DNA of 51,611 bases from Octopus sinensis. Its lineage: Eukaryota. Shown here piece by piece: positions 45,249 through 51,611 of the stretch; position 1 is the stretch's first letter; the number at the start of each line of letters is the position of its first letter. A program made the position numbers and the translations under genes. Below the pieces are notes generated by a model that saw only the letters and a program-made list of their open reading frames with translations, did no database searches and was not told the DNA's origin. The stretch lies in NCBI RefSeq assembly GCF_006345805.1, contig NW_021834215.1:1-51611 (forward strand), given 5' to 3'.

Positions 45249-47544
45249 GCCCTGATGCAGTACCAGGCAGTGGCTCTCATGGCTTCTAATCTTAACTGAT
45301 TGGAAGTGTTATCATGTACATTGTTTTGTCTTGGTATAAAAGATGGGCTACAGCAAATATTCTGCTCAATACCACAGATTTGCTTGTCAGTTGTTTGACT
45401 TTAACCAGTTGAGCATGTCCCTTAGTGGCTGATGATATGTGCATCTCTGATCACGAGCAGAAGTAGTGGGGGAGCATCATAGCCATGTGTTGAGAGGGAT
45501 TCTTTGGGGTTTGAATAGTTCACCTCTGGAAACATGGGTGGTTCTTTCAACATCCTTAAACAACCCTTATTCAGGGACCTTTTGAGCAGGATGGGCTACT
45601 CAACCTGAAGAAAATTCTAACTGGGCCCCACCTGCAGGTCATGTGCTGTTTATCTTGATATGAGATCACCATGTCGCGCACATATGGTTGTGATGCATGT
45701 GCCTGGTGTACCTTTATCAGACGGGTAGTCATGATGGGTATATTGGGCTTCGTATATTTTACCCCAGTGTCACTTTGATGGCATGCACTGCTCTCTCACT
45801 CAACAATAATAATAATATCGAAAAATACCTTAGGAATGAGAACCCAGGTTTAAAATTTCCCCAAGACACCTGATGAAGGCTGGAGGGTATATCAGCTGAA
45901 ATGTGTTGTCAAATGTAAATAACGTAAATCCTGTAGGAGTTACCATGAGAGAAACTCTCATATTGGCTTTTTGGTGCAAAATGCACTCTTATTTGTATCA
46001 CTAGCAGGGAGATAAATCCCTGCTACCTCCAGTGCTGAGACTACCAGATCCCGTTATTTCAACCTTTCTTGGTCTCATCTATGATTGACACTCAACCAAT
46101 AAAGATAGCAGTGATTTATCCTCTTACCAGCACTGTATTGAATAACAGCGCCAGAACTGGTGCTGGTGTTGTGATTAGACAATGAACTAGTTAAAAAATA
46201 TATATTAGCAACAGAGCTAGTATTAAATATCAAGAGGTAATATCTATCCTTACTTAAATGTGGATATTCTTTTAGAACAATCAATACCAACAACAACACT
46301 GAACACCTTTTTGTTCTCCATGTGTCCAACACACGTGGACATGCCTACAAAGTCAGAAAACTACACAGCTCCCATGACTTTCGGAAACATTTTTTCACGC
46401 TCAGAGCGCTGAAGCATGGAACAAACTGCCTGCGTCAGTTGTTGACTGCCATGACACTGCATCCTTTAAGGCCCTCATGCTTTCCAAAATCCGCCGAAAC
46501 TACACCTGATTATATATACACTTTTCATGAGTTGTAGTGCACCTGAGCACTGTACACAATGTTTTATTATTATTATTATTTAATACTGTGGTAGATATAA
46601 TGAGAGAACCTCTCATATTGGCTTTTGGTATAAAATACACTCTTGTTTATATTGCTAGTGGGGAGATAAATACCTGCTATCTCCAGTACTGAGACCACCA
46701 GATCCTGTATTTTCGACCTTCCTTGGTCTCATTAGTGATGGACACTCAACCAATAGAGATAGCAGCAATCTATCCCTACTAGAGATATCTTTATATATAA
46801 AAGTAAGGTTGTGTGTCTGTCTCCTACGATTTAGATTCCTAACTACTCCCACATTTTGCGGTGCAGTTTAACCAAAACCGGGTATCTTATAGTCGTGATT
46901 CATATCAAGCCCTTCTGGGTATTAGCGTGCGTCTACGATGAGTCTACGATTTAAAAAATAATTTACCATCATTTTTTCCATTTTAATGCATATTTTTTTA
47001 AAGGGAAGTAACTCTCTAAAAATGTCTACGATGAATCAACGATTTAAAAAAAAATTTACCATTGTTTTTATCCAATTTTAATGCATTTTTCGCTATTATA
47101 TAAGGGAAGTAACTCTCTAAAAATGTCTACGATGAGTCAACGATTTAAAAAAAAATTTACCATCATATTGTTTCCATTTTTAATGCATTTTTTTGCTATT
47201 TTTTGGCTATAACTCTCTAAAAATGCTTTATAGTTATTTCCCTTACAAACCCGAGCAACACTGGGCGATACTGCTAGTACAGAATAACAATGCCAGAACA
47301 GGCACGGTTGTCATGAGTAGCCAGTGAGCTTGTTAAAATTAAGATTATTGTACATGTGTAGACATACCTGCTGTGGTTTTTCCTCCTTCCATTTGCAGTC
47401 CCCTATTATTTTCTCAATAACAGAAATGATTTCTTTCACAGCGTTGTCGTCAGCGCATCGAGGGTTGTCTTGGCAATAGCTGTTGACCACAGAGGATACG
47501 GCAAGTATGGTGTTGTCCCACACAGATGTCCCATCGATTAGAGG
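2415..47544 (-). CDS. Large lipid transfer protein (apolipophorin/apoB-like), partial gene, 15 exons in window, 2255 codons; both ends outside window
   Basis: All 15 exons have AG acceptors with pyrimidine tracts and GT donors, and phases are compatible at every junction (0,0,0,2,2,0,1,1,1,2,0,0,0,1). Vitellogenin_N/LLT helical motifs ([49 protein letters not shown]), the following RKYSRNYE...[13 protein letters not shown] block, then long amphipathic beta-strand sequence. Confidence 0.9.
2652..3048 (+). mobile_element. Non-autonomous Helitron
   Basis: A|TC 5' end, subterminal hairpin CCCG-AGCAACGC-CGGG, CTAG|T 3' end, no target-site duplication. Confidence 0.8.
3240..3816. repeat. (CTAT)n microsatellite; similar at 43500-43850
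   Basis: Direct reading. Confidence 0.9.
4277..4442 (-). CDS. LLTP exon 14 (166 nt, 0-1): [10 protein letters not shown]...KIDYDK
   Basis: ttcttccag|ATG, C|gtaagt. Confidence 0.88.
4482..4897 (+). mobile_element. tRNA-derived SINE family A, full length
   Basis: A-box tggctgtgtgg, B-box gggttcagtccc, internal (TA)n(TG)n, gtaaaagag tail; about 15 copies in window. Confidence 0.8.
5155..5780. repeat. Degenerate tandem repeat built around ttaatcattactcacc
   Basis: attactcacc at about 5163, 5290, 5374, 5641, 5734, 5773, plus variants. Confidence 0.7.
5782..6108 (-). CDS. LLTP exon 13 (327 nt, 0-0): [12 protein letters not shown]...AREFNIT
   Basis: ccctag|ATA, ACG|gtgagt. Confidence 0.9.
6155..6707 (+). 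mobile_element. Non-autonomous Helitron, chimeric: 5' fragment, 93-nt foreign insert, then full copy 6311-6707
   Basis: Same termini as 2652-3048. Confidence 0.8.
6790..8290 (+). mobile_element. CR1/L2-type LINE 3' end with its last 337 bp or so in four tandem copies, ending in (ATT)n
   Basis: [22 protein letters not shown] and [19 protein letters not shown] motifs; repeat anchors at 6862, 7204, 7538, 7875. Confidence 0.85.
8388..8437 (-). ncRNA. Hammerhead-like motif with palindromic stem III (ACAGCUGU), second family member
   Basis: Minus strand: CCGAUGA-A-GGGAUAU-loop-AUAUCCU-G-GAAA-CAGCUG-UA-AGAC; element about 8320-8437; stem I only 2 bp. Confidence 0.5.
9204..9476. mobile_element. Interspersed repeat family B, (GAT)n/(CAT)n-ended; other copies at about 22610-22830, 29890-30318, 30430-30720, 35350-35515
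   Basis: Shared core ctggatgcccttcctaacgccaaccactcc and ccatgctagcatggg end next to the microsatellite. Confidence 0.75.
9879..13178 (-). CDS. LLTP exon 12 (3300 nt, 1100 codons, 0-0): [10 protein letters not shown]...NLMPAKK
   Basis: Uninterrupted non-repetitive ORF; ttttaaag|GAT, AAG|gtgagg; amphipathic beta-strand pattern. Confidence 0.95.
13496..14542 (+). mobile_element. 5'-truncated R4/Dong-like non-LTR retrotransposon (RT C-terminus, CCHC knuckle, restriction-like endonuclease) with one in-frame stop, inserted in (TAA)n
   Basis: ORFs 13538-13942 and 13964-14350 are in the same frame, split by TGA at 13940; [31 protein letters not shown] motifs; (TAA)n on both sides. Confidence 0.85.
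14842..15258 (+). mobile_element. SINE family A
   Basis: Homologous to 4482-4897. Confidence 0.8.
15292..15499 (-). CDS. LLTP exon 11 (208 nt, 2-0): [10 protein letters not shown]...KIKDEKR
   Basis: gttgtag|G, AGG|gtaagt. Confidence 0.88.
15569..16192 (+). mobile_element. RTE-type LINE 3' end with a 158-bp segment in three tandem copies
   Basis: [39 protein letters not shown]; anchors at 15569, 15727, 15885. Confidence 0.85.
16666..17071 (+). mobile_element. SINE family A
   Basis: Homologous to 4482-4897. Confidence 0.8.
17241..17466 (-). CDS. LLTP exon 10 (226 nt, 1-2): [10 protein letters not shown]...AMRYRAN
   Basis: tttctttcag|CT, TT|gtgagt. Confidence 0.88.
17654..18045 (-). mobile_element. 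Non-autonomous Helitron (different internal sequence, same 3' end)
   Basis: actagcagtatcgcccggcgttgctcggg is the reverse-complement 3' end; TC..TATATATAAA 5' end. Confidence 0.75.
18545..18974 (-). mobile_element. SINE family A
   Basis: Reverse-complement copy. Confidence 0.8.
19010..19264 (-). CDS. LLTP exon 9 (255 nt, 1-1): [10 protein letters not shown]...SKVQAS
   Basis: cttgcag|TT, G|gtaagt. Confidence 0.88.
20054..20088 (+). ncRNA. Minimal type I hammerhead-like motif (U4C variant) in a roughly 220-bp interspersed repeat (about 20005-20220)
   Basis: GUUU-CCGACGA-A-GAGC-UCC-GCUC-GAAA-CG-UU-AAAC. Confidence 0.6.
20700..21285 (-). mobile_element. SINE family C, three tandem units (184-bp period); other copies at about 16400-16630 (-), 41540-41770 (+) and fragments at about 38500-38620, 50640-50750
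   Basis: ctaaac anchors at 20731, 20915, 21099; tRNA-like head (gagctggcaga..gttagc..gagttcaaattcc) visible in the 41540 copy. Confidence 0.8.
21290..21660 (+). mobile_element. SINE family A, 5' truncated and diverged
   Basis: Homologous body and tail. Confidence 0.7.
22112..22179 (+). pseudogene. tRNA-Leu pseudogene lacking the 5' acceptor strand; anticodon loop TT-TAT-GG
   Basis: GAGCGGTCTAAGGCGCTGG..CCAGTCTCTTC.GAGGCGTGG.TTCGAATCC..CGCTGTCA: type II tRNA-Leu D-loop, long variable arm and T-loop. Confidence 0.75.
22200..26100. repeat. Region dominated by long (TA)n/(TATG)n tracts (22200-22610, 24440-25030, 25680-26100); another at 42205-42560
   Basis: Direct reading. Confidence 0.9.
23075..23476 (-). 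mobile_element. SINE family A
   Basis: Reverse-complement copy. Confidence 0.8.
26263..26482. mobile_element. piggyBac-like MITE family 1, inserted in a SINE
   Basis: TTAA on both sides; imperfect CCCTTTA(A/G)CATT terminal inverted repeats. Confidence 0.7.
26656..26875. mobile_element. piggyBac-like MITE family 2
   Basis: TTAA flanks; imperfect CCCTTT..TTACC terminal inverted repeats. Confidence 0.7.
27013..27233. mobile_element. piggyBac-like MITE family 2, second copy
   Basis: TTAA flanks; similar to 26656-26875. Confidence 0.7.
27383..27735 (+). mobile_element. tRNA(Arg)-like-headed SINE (resembles octopus OR-type SINEs)
   Basis: ggcgcaatggcccagtggttagggcagcgg head and ggtttcgattcc B-box; homologous to 51176-51556. 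Confidence 0.75.
27990..28460 (+). mobile_element. SINE family A 3' half, tail segment in four tandem copies
   Basis: gatagaataag anchors at 28044, 28134, 28246, 28359. Confidence 0.8.
28464..28978 (+). mobile_element. Non-autonomous Helitron with a GC-richer internal segment (about 28680-28895)
   Basis: A|TC and CTAG|T termini; body shared with 2652 copy. Confidence 0.78.
29028..29291 (-). CDS. LLTP exon 8 (264 nt, 1-1): [10 protein letters not shown]...NQNVSLK
   Basis: caacag|GC, T|gtaagt; frame compatible on both sides. Confidence 0.87.
29443..29857 (-). mobile_element. SINE family A
   Basis: Reverse-complement copy. Confidence 0.8.
30874..31305 (-). mobile_element. SINE family A
   Basis: Reverse-complement copy. 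Confidence 0.8.
31958..32090 (-). CDS. LLTP exon 7 (133 nt, 0-1): [19 protein letters not shown]...[10 protein letters not shown]
   Basis: catcag|GCA, G|gtcagt; DTP-S and SPW-K motifs. Confidence 0.9.
32100..32570. repeat. Purine-rich minisatellite (gagtgaggaaggaaggagaaagaga)
   Basis: Direct reading. Confidence 0.85.
32640..34335. repeat. Compound (CAT)n/(CATA)n region with duplicated unique blocks
   Basis: Blocks repeated at 32850/33328 and 33240/34265. Confidence 0.85.
34540..34801 (-). CDS. LLTP exon 6 (262 nt, 2-0): SDFFIVHRK...[15 protein letters not shown]...FPLTGP...EAKLIQ
   Basis: ttccttag|G, CAG|gtatgt; GLEVC and FPLTGP motifs typical of apolipophorin-like proteins. Confidence 0.92.
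34825..35035 (+). mobile_element. Helitron 5' fragment
   Basis: Matches the first 200 nt or so of the 2652 copy. Confidence 0.7.
35682..35864 (-). CDS. LLTP exon 5 (183 nt, 2-2): [15 protein letters not shown]...KMEVINV
   Basis: ctcgttag|T, AA|gtaagt; the split codon AG|T gives Ser of the PS-A motif. Confidence 0.92.
36410..36965 (-). mobile_element. About 555-bp interspersed element embedded in (ATT)n; same family as 45245-45803
   Basis: Near-identical reverse complement of 45245-45803 with the same ends. Confidence 0.8.
36963..38475. repeat. Very long degenerate (ATT)n; also 36095-36410
   Basis: Direct reading. Confidence 0.95.
38637..39880 (+). repeat. Tandem duplication (about 604-bp period) of SINE A carrying an inverted CR1 fragment
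   Basis: Anchors offset by 603-605 nt throughout. Confidence 0.85.
39911..40242 (-). CDS. LLTP exon 4 (332 nt, 0-2): [22 protein letters not shown]...GSLSP
   Basis: atgcag|TAT, AG|gtaaac; FGNEL and [10 protein letters not shown] motifs. Confidence 0.93.
40260..40810. repeat. (GGT)n/(AGT) microsatellite; related tract at 9620-9835
   Basis: Direct reading; tatgtaatggtggt restarts three times. Confidence 0.95.
40901..41121. mobile_element. piggyBac-like MITE family 1
   Basis: TTAA flanks, CCCTTTAG terminal inverted repeats, homologous to 26263-26482. Confidence 0.7.
41944..41995 (+). ncRNA. Hammerhead-like motif, same family as 8388-8437, decayed (G5A)
   Basis: GUCU-CCAAUGA-A-GGGAUAUU-loop-AAUAUCCU-A-GAAA-CAGCUG-UA-AGAC; downstream 41996-42060 matches 8320-8387 inverted. 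Confidence 0.5.
42835..43398 (-). CDS. LLTP exon 3 (564 nt, 0-0): [10 protein letters not shown]...[11 protein letters not shown]
   Basis: ttccttcag|AGA, AAG|gtaagg; [36 protein letters not shown]. Confidence 0.95.
44106..44415 (+). mobile_element. tRNA(Arg)-like-headed SINE with a different 3' tail
   Basis: Head and centre shared with the 27383 and 51176 copies; 3' portion unrelated. Confidence 0.72.
44511..44702 (-). CDS. LLTP exon 2 (192 nt, 0-0): [26 protein letters not shown]...[17 protein letters not shown]
   Basis: ctcctcag|TTC acceptor, AGT|gtaagt donor; the coding frame is not in the ORF track; LKALGNIG motif. Confidence 0.88.
45245..45803 (+). mobile_element. About 555-bp interspersed element embedded in (TAA)n
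   Basis: Matches 36410-36965; (TAA)n on both sides. Confidence 0.8.
45866..45910 (+). ncRNA. Decayed hammerhead-like motif with canonical CUGAUGA
   Basis: ACAC-CUGAUGA-A-GGCUG-10 nt-CAGCU-GAAA-UGUG; cleavage triplet and stem I degenerate. Confidence 0.45.
46320..46580 (+). mobile_element. CR1/L2-type LINE 3' fragment (related inverted fragments at about 38975-39160 and 39580-39765)
   Basis: [23 protein letters not shown] similarity to 6790-8290; (ATT)n tail. Confidence 0.75.
46788..47277 (+). mobile_element. Non-autonomous Helitron with internal roughly 90-bp triplication
   Basis: A|TC and CTAG|T termini. Confidence 0.78.
47368..47544 (-). CDS. LLTP exon 1 in window (177 nt, phase 0-0): [30 protein letters not shown]...KEEKPQQ
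   Basis: ttacag|CCT acceptor, CAG|gtatgt donor; [11 protein letters not shown] is typical of the LLT helical domain. Confidence 0.9.
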
Positions 47545-47611
47545 CTGTAACAGAGAGTGGAGAGTGTGAAAATAGGTGAGTTATGGTGGAAGGTGTGAGT
47601 GAAAGTGTAAA

Positions 47612-50518
47612 CTTGAGTGGTGAGTGTGAACATGAGCAAAGAGTGTGAGCTTGAGTGGTGAGTGTGAACATGAGCAAAGAGTGTGAGCTTTAGTGGTGAG
47701 TGTGAATATGAGCAAAGAGTGTGAGCTTGAGTGGTGAGTGTGAACATGAGCAAAGAGTGTGAGCTTGAGTGGTGAGTGTGAACATGAGAAAAGAGTGTGA
47801 GCTTGAGTGGTGAGTGTGAATATGAGCAAAGAGTGTGAGCTTGAGTGGTGAGTGTGAACATGAGCAAAGATTGTGAGCTTGAGTGGTGAGTGTGAACATG
47901 AGCAAAGATTGTGAGCTTGAGTGGTGAGTGTGAACATGAGCAAAGAGTGTGAGCTTGAGTGGTGAGTGTGTGAACATGAGCAAAGAGAGTGAGCTTGAGT
48001 GGTGAGCGTGAACATGGGCAAAGAGTGTGAGCTTGAGTGGTGAGTGTGAACATGAGCAAAGATTGTGAGCTTTAGTGGTGAGTGTGAACATGAGCAAAGA
48101 ATGTGAGCTTGAGTGGTGAGTGTGAACATGAGCAAAGAGTGTGAGCTTGATTGGTGAATGCGAACATGAGCAAAGAGTGTGACCTTGAGTGGTGAGTGTG
48201 AACATGAGCAAAGAGTGTGAGCTTGAGTGGTGAGTGTGAATATGAGCAAAGAGTGTGAGCTTGAGTGGTGAGTGTGAACATGAGCAAAAAGTGTGAGCTT
48301 GAGTAGTGAGTGTGAACATGAGCAAAGAGTGTGAGCTTGAGTGGTGAGTGTGAACATGAGCAAAGAGTGTGAGCTTGAGTGGTGAGTGTGAACATGAGCA
48401 AAGAGTGTGAGCTTGAGTGGTGAGTGTGTGAACATTAGCAAAGAGAGTGAGCTTGAGTGGTGAGCGTGAACATGGGCAAAGAGTGTGAGCTTGAGTGGTG
48501 AGTGTGAACATGAGCAAAGAGTGTGAGCTTGAGTGGTGAGTGTGAACATGAGCAAAGAGTGTGAGCTTGAGTGAAGTGTGAACATGAGCAAAGAGTGTGA
48601 GCTTGAGAGAAGTGTGAACATGAGCAAAGAGTGTGAGCTTGAGTGGTGAGAGTGAACATAAGCAAAGAGTGTGAGCTTGAGTGGTGAGTGTGAACATGAG
48701 CAAAGAGTGTGAGCTTGAGTGATGAGTGTGAACATGAGCAAAGAGTGTGAGCTTGAGTGGTGAGTGTGAACATGAGCAAAGAGTGTGAGCTTGAGTGAAG
48801 TGTGAACATGAGCAAAGAGTGTGAGCTTGAGAGAAGTGTGAACATGAGCAAAGAGTGTGAGCTTGAGTGAAGTGTGAACATGAGCAAAGAGTGTGAGCTT
48901 GAGTGAAGTGTGAACATGAGCAAAGAGTGTGAGCTTGAGTGAAGTGTGAACATGAGCAAAGAGTGTGAGCTTGAGAGAAGTGTGAACATGAGCAAAGAGT
49001 GTGAGCTTGAGTGGTGAGAGTGAACATAAGCAAAGAGTGTGAGCTTGAGTGGTGAGTGTGAACATGAGCAAAGAGTGTGAGCTTGAGTGATGAGTGTGAA
49101 CATGAGCAAAGAGTGTGAGCTTGAGTGGTGAGTGTGAACATGAGCAAAGAGTGTGAGCTTGAGTGGTGAGTGTGAACATGAGCAAAGAGTGTGAGCTTGA
49201 GAGAAGTGTGAACATGAGCAAAGAGTGTGAGCTTGAGAGAAGTGTGAACATGAGCAAAGAGTGTGAGCTTGAGTGGTGAGAGTGAACATAAGCAAAGAGT
49301 GTGAGCTTGAGTGGTGAGTGTGAACATGAGCAAAGAGTGTGAGCTTGAGTGATGAGTGTGAACATGAGCAAAGAGTGTGAGCTTGAGTGGTGAGTGTGAA
49401 CATGAGCAAAGAGTGTGAGCTTGAGTAGTGAGTGTGAACATGAGCAAAAAGTGTGAGCTTGAGTGGTGAGTGTGAACATGAGCAAAAAGTGTGAGCTTGA
49501 GTGGTGAGTGTGTGAACATGAGCAAAGAGAGTGAGCTTGAGAGAAGTGTGAACATGAGCAAAGAGTGTGAGCTTGAGTGGTGAGAGTGAACATAAGCAAA
49601 GAGTGTGAGCTTGAGTGGTGAGTGGAACATGAGCAAAGAGTGTGAGCTTGAGTGATGAGTGTGAACATGAGCAAAGAGTGTGAGCTTGAGTGGTGAGTGT
49701 GAACATGAGCAAAGAGTGTGAGCTTGAGTGGTGAGTGGTGAACATGAGCAAAGAGTGTGAGCTTGAGAGAAGTGTGAACATGAGCAAAGAGTGTGAGCTT
49801 GAGAGAATGTGAACATGAGCAAAGAGTGTGAGCTTGAGTGGTGAGAGTGAACATAAGCAAAGAGTGTGAGCTGAGTGGTGAGTGTGAACATGAGCAAAGA
49901 GTGTGAGCTTGAGTGATGAGTGTGAACATGAGCAAAGAGTGTGAGCTTGAGTGGTGAGTGTGAACATGAGCAAAGAGTGTGAGCTTGAGTAGTGAGTGTG
50001 AACATGAGCAAAGAGTGTGAGCTTGAGTGATGAGTGTGAACATGAGCAAAGAGTGTGAGCTTGAGTGGTGAGTGTGAACATGAGCAAAGAGTGTGAGCTT
50101 GAGTGGTGAGTGTGAACATGAGCAAAAAGTGTGAGCTTGAGTGGTGAGTGTGAACATGAGCAAAGATTGTGAGCTTGAGTGGTGAGTGTGAACATGAGCA
50201 AAGAGTGTGAGCTTGAGTGATGAGTGTGGAACATGAGCAAAGAGTGTGAGCTTGAGTGGTGAGTGTGAAATGAGAAAAGAGTGTGAGCGGAGTGGTGAGA
50301 GTGAACATAAGCAAAGAGTGTGAGCTTGAGTGTGAGTGTGAACATGAGCAAAGAGTGTGAGCTTAGTGGTGAGTGTGAAATGAGCAAAGAGTGTGAGCTT
50401 GGTGGTGAGTGTGAACATGAGCAAAGAGTGTGAGCTTGAGTGGTGAGTGTGAATATGAGCAAAGAGTGTGAGCTTCAGGGGTGAGTGTGAACATGAGCAA
50501 AAAGTGTGAGCTTGAGTA
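47612..50518. repeat. 38-bp minisatellite, about 77 copies, with 36-40-bp variants
   Basis: Unit GAGTGTGAGCTTGAGTGGTGAGTGTGAACATGAGCAAA. Confidence 0.95.
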
Positions 50519-51175
50519 GAACCATTTTCAGTGCTTTTGACATGGCACCAGCAGCAGTGTGTTTCATGTGGCACCAGTGTTTTTAATGTGGCACCGGTGT
50601 GTTTTATGTGGCACCAGTGTGTTTTATGTTCACACTCTAAGTGCTTAGCAGTATTTTGTCTGTCTCAACATTCTGAGTTCAAATTCCGCCGAGGCTGACT
50701 TTGCCGTTCATCCTTTTGGGGTTGGCTGGCAATTTAAGTACCTGTGAAACATTAGGGTTAACTAGCTAGATAGATAGATAAATAGACAGACAGGTGAATA
50801 CATAGGTATACACTTAGCTGTACTAAAACAATATGTTATTTGAAATTTGCCTCAATTATTTTTCTCTTTTCTCTTGTAAATGAGGCATGAATATAAGAGT
50901 ATTTTTTGAATAATACTTTCAAAGATCTCTTATACTGTTTTTGTTTAGGTTTTTAGGTCACAGAACAATATTGTTGAGTGGGATACGTTTTATATGCATA
51001 ATATTATGTATGGGAATAAGAAAATATCAGCCACATAATTTTCTGCTCGCCCACACAAAAATACGCAGGCACTCACCCCCATTCACACACACACACTCAC
51101 ATACACCATTCTCACACACACATACATGCTTGCACACCCTAGTTCAGTTGGGTCACCATTATTATCTCCCTTGAG

Positions 51176-51556
51176 TGGATGCGCAATGGCCCAGTGGTTA
51201 GGGCAGCGGACTCGCGTTCGTAGGATCGCGGTTTCGATTCCCAGACCGGGCGTTGTGAGTGTTTATTGAGCGAAAACACCTAAAAGCTCCACGAGGCTCC
51301 GGCAGGGGACGGTGGAGATCCCTGCTGTACTCTTTCACCACAACTTTCTCTCTCACTCTTACTTCCTGTTTCTGTTGTACCTGTATTTCAAAGGGCCGGC
51401 CTTGTCACTCTCTGTGTCATGCTGAATATCCCCAAAACTACGTTAAGGGTACACGTGTCTGTGGGTGCTCAGCCACTTAACACTTTAATTTCACGAGCAG
51501 GCTGTTCCGTTGATTCGGATCAACCGAACCCTCGTCGTCGTAACCGACGGAGTGCT
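51176..51556 (+). mobile_element. tRNA(Arg)-like-headed SINE
   Basis: Homologous to 27383-27735. Confidence 0.75.
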
Positions 51557-51611
51557 TCCATCCATCCATTATCTCCCTTTCATTCAGCCTCTTTCTTATT
51601 TCAGTATGTCG

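Noticed and set aside
2415-47544. Assigning a gene symbol (Vg, APOB, apolpp)
   Set aside because: Family membership is clear, but orthology needs phylogeny and the termini, which are outside the window.
47581-50574. 997-, 874- and 675-aa His/Ser/Leu-rich ORFs
   Set aside because: Translations of a 38-bp minisatellite, open in all three frames, inside an intron.
50540-50630. Repeated tgtggcacc(a/g)gtg as CRISPR-like
   Set aside because: Simple repeat of about 21 bp without unique spacers, in eukaryotic context.

Overview
AT-rich, microsatellite-laden animal genomic DNA; the repeat repertoire looks cephalopod (Octopus-like), which is my recognition of the repeats and not a database result. 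The window is an internal part of one minus-strand gene of the large lipid transfer protein (LLTP) family, apolipophorin/apoB-like. I reconstructed 15 GT-AG exons (47544 to 2415) that join in one continuous frame: 6765 nt, 2255 codons, including a 3300-nt exon. Start and stop lie outside the window. Introns hold tRNA-derived SINEs, non-autonomous Helitrons, TTAA-flanked piggyBac-like MITEs, CR1/RTE/R4-type LINE remnants, minisatellites and simple repeats. Most ORFs in the supplied track are repeat artefacts. The most striking unexplained structure is four different families of minimal type I hammerhead-ribozyme-like motifs of the Penelope/retrozyme type. One forms a tandem array of about 9 copies on the host sense strand with a fixed core substitution. 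Also notable: a 93-nt templated insertion copied from 40 kb away, amplified decoy splice sites, a dead duplicate of part of an exon, repeated tandem multimers of retroelement 3' ends, and long hairpins.
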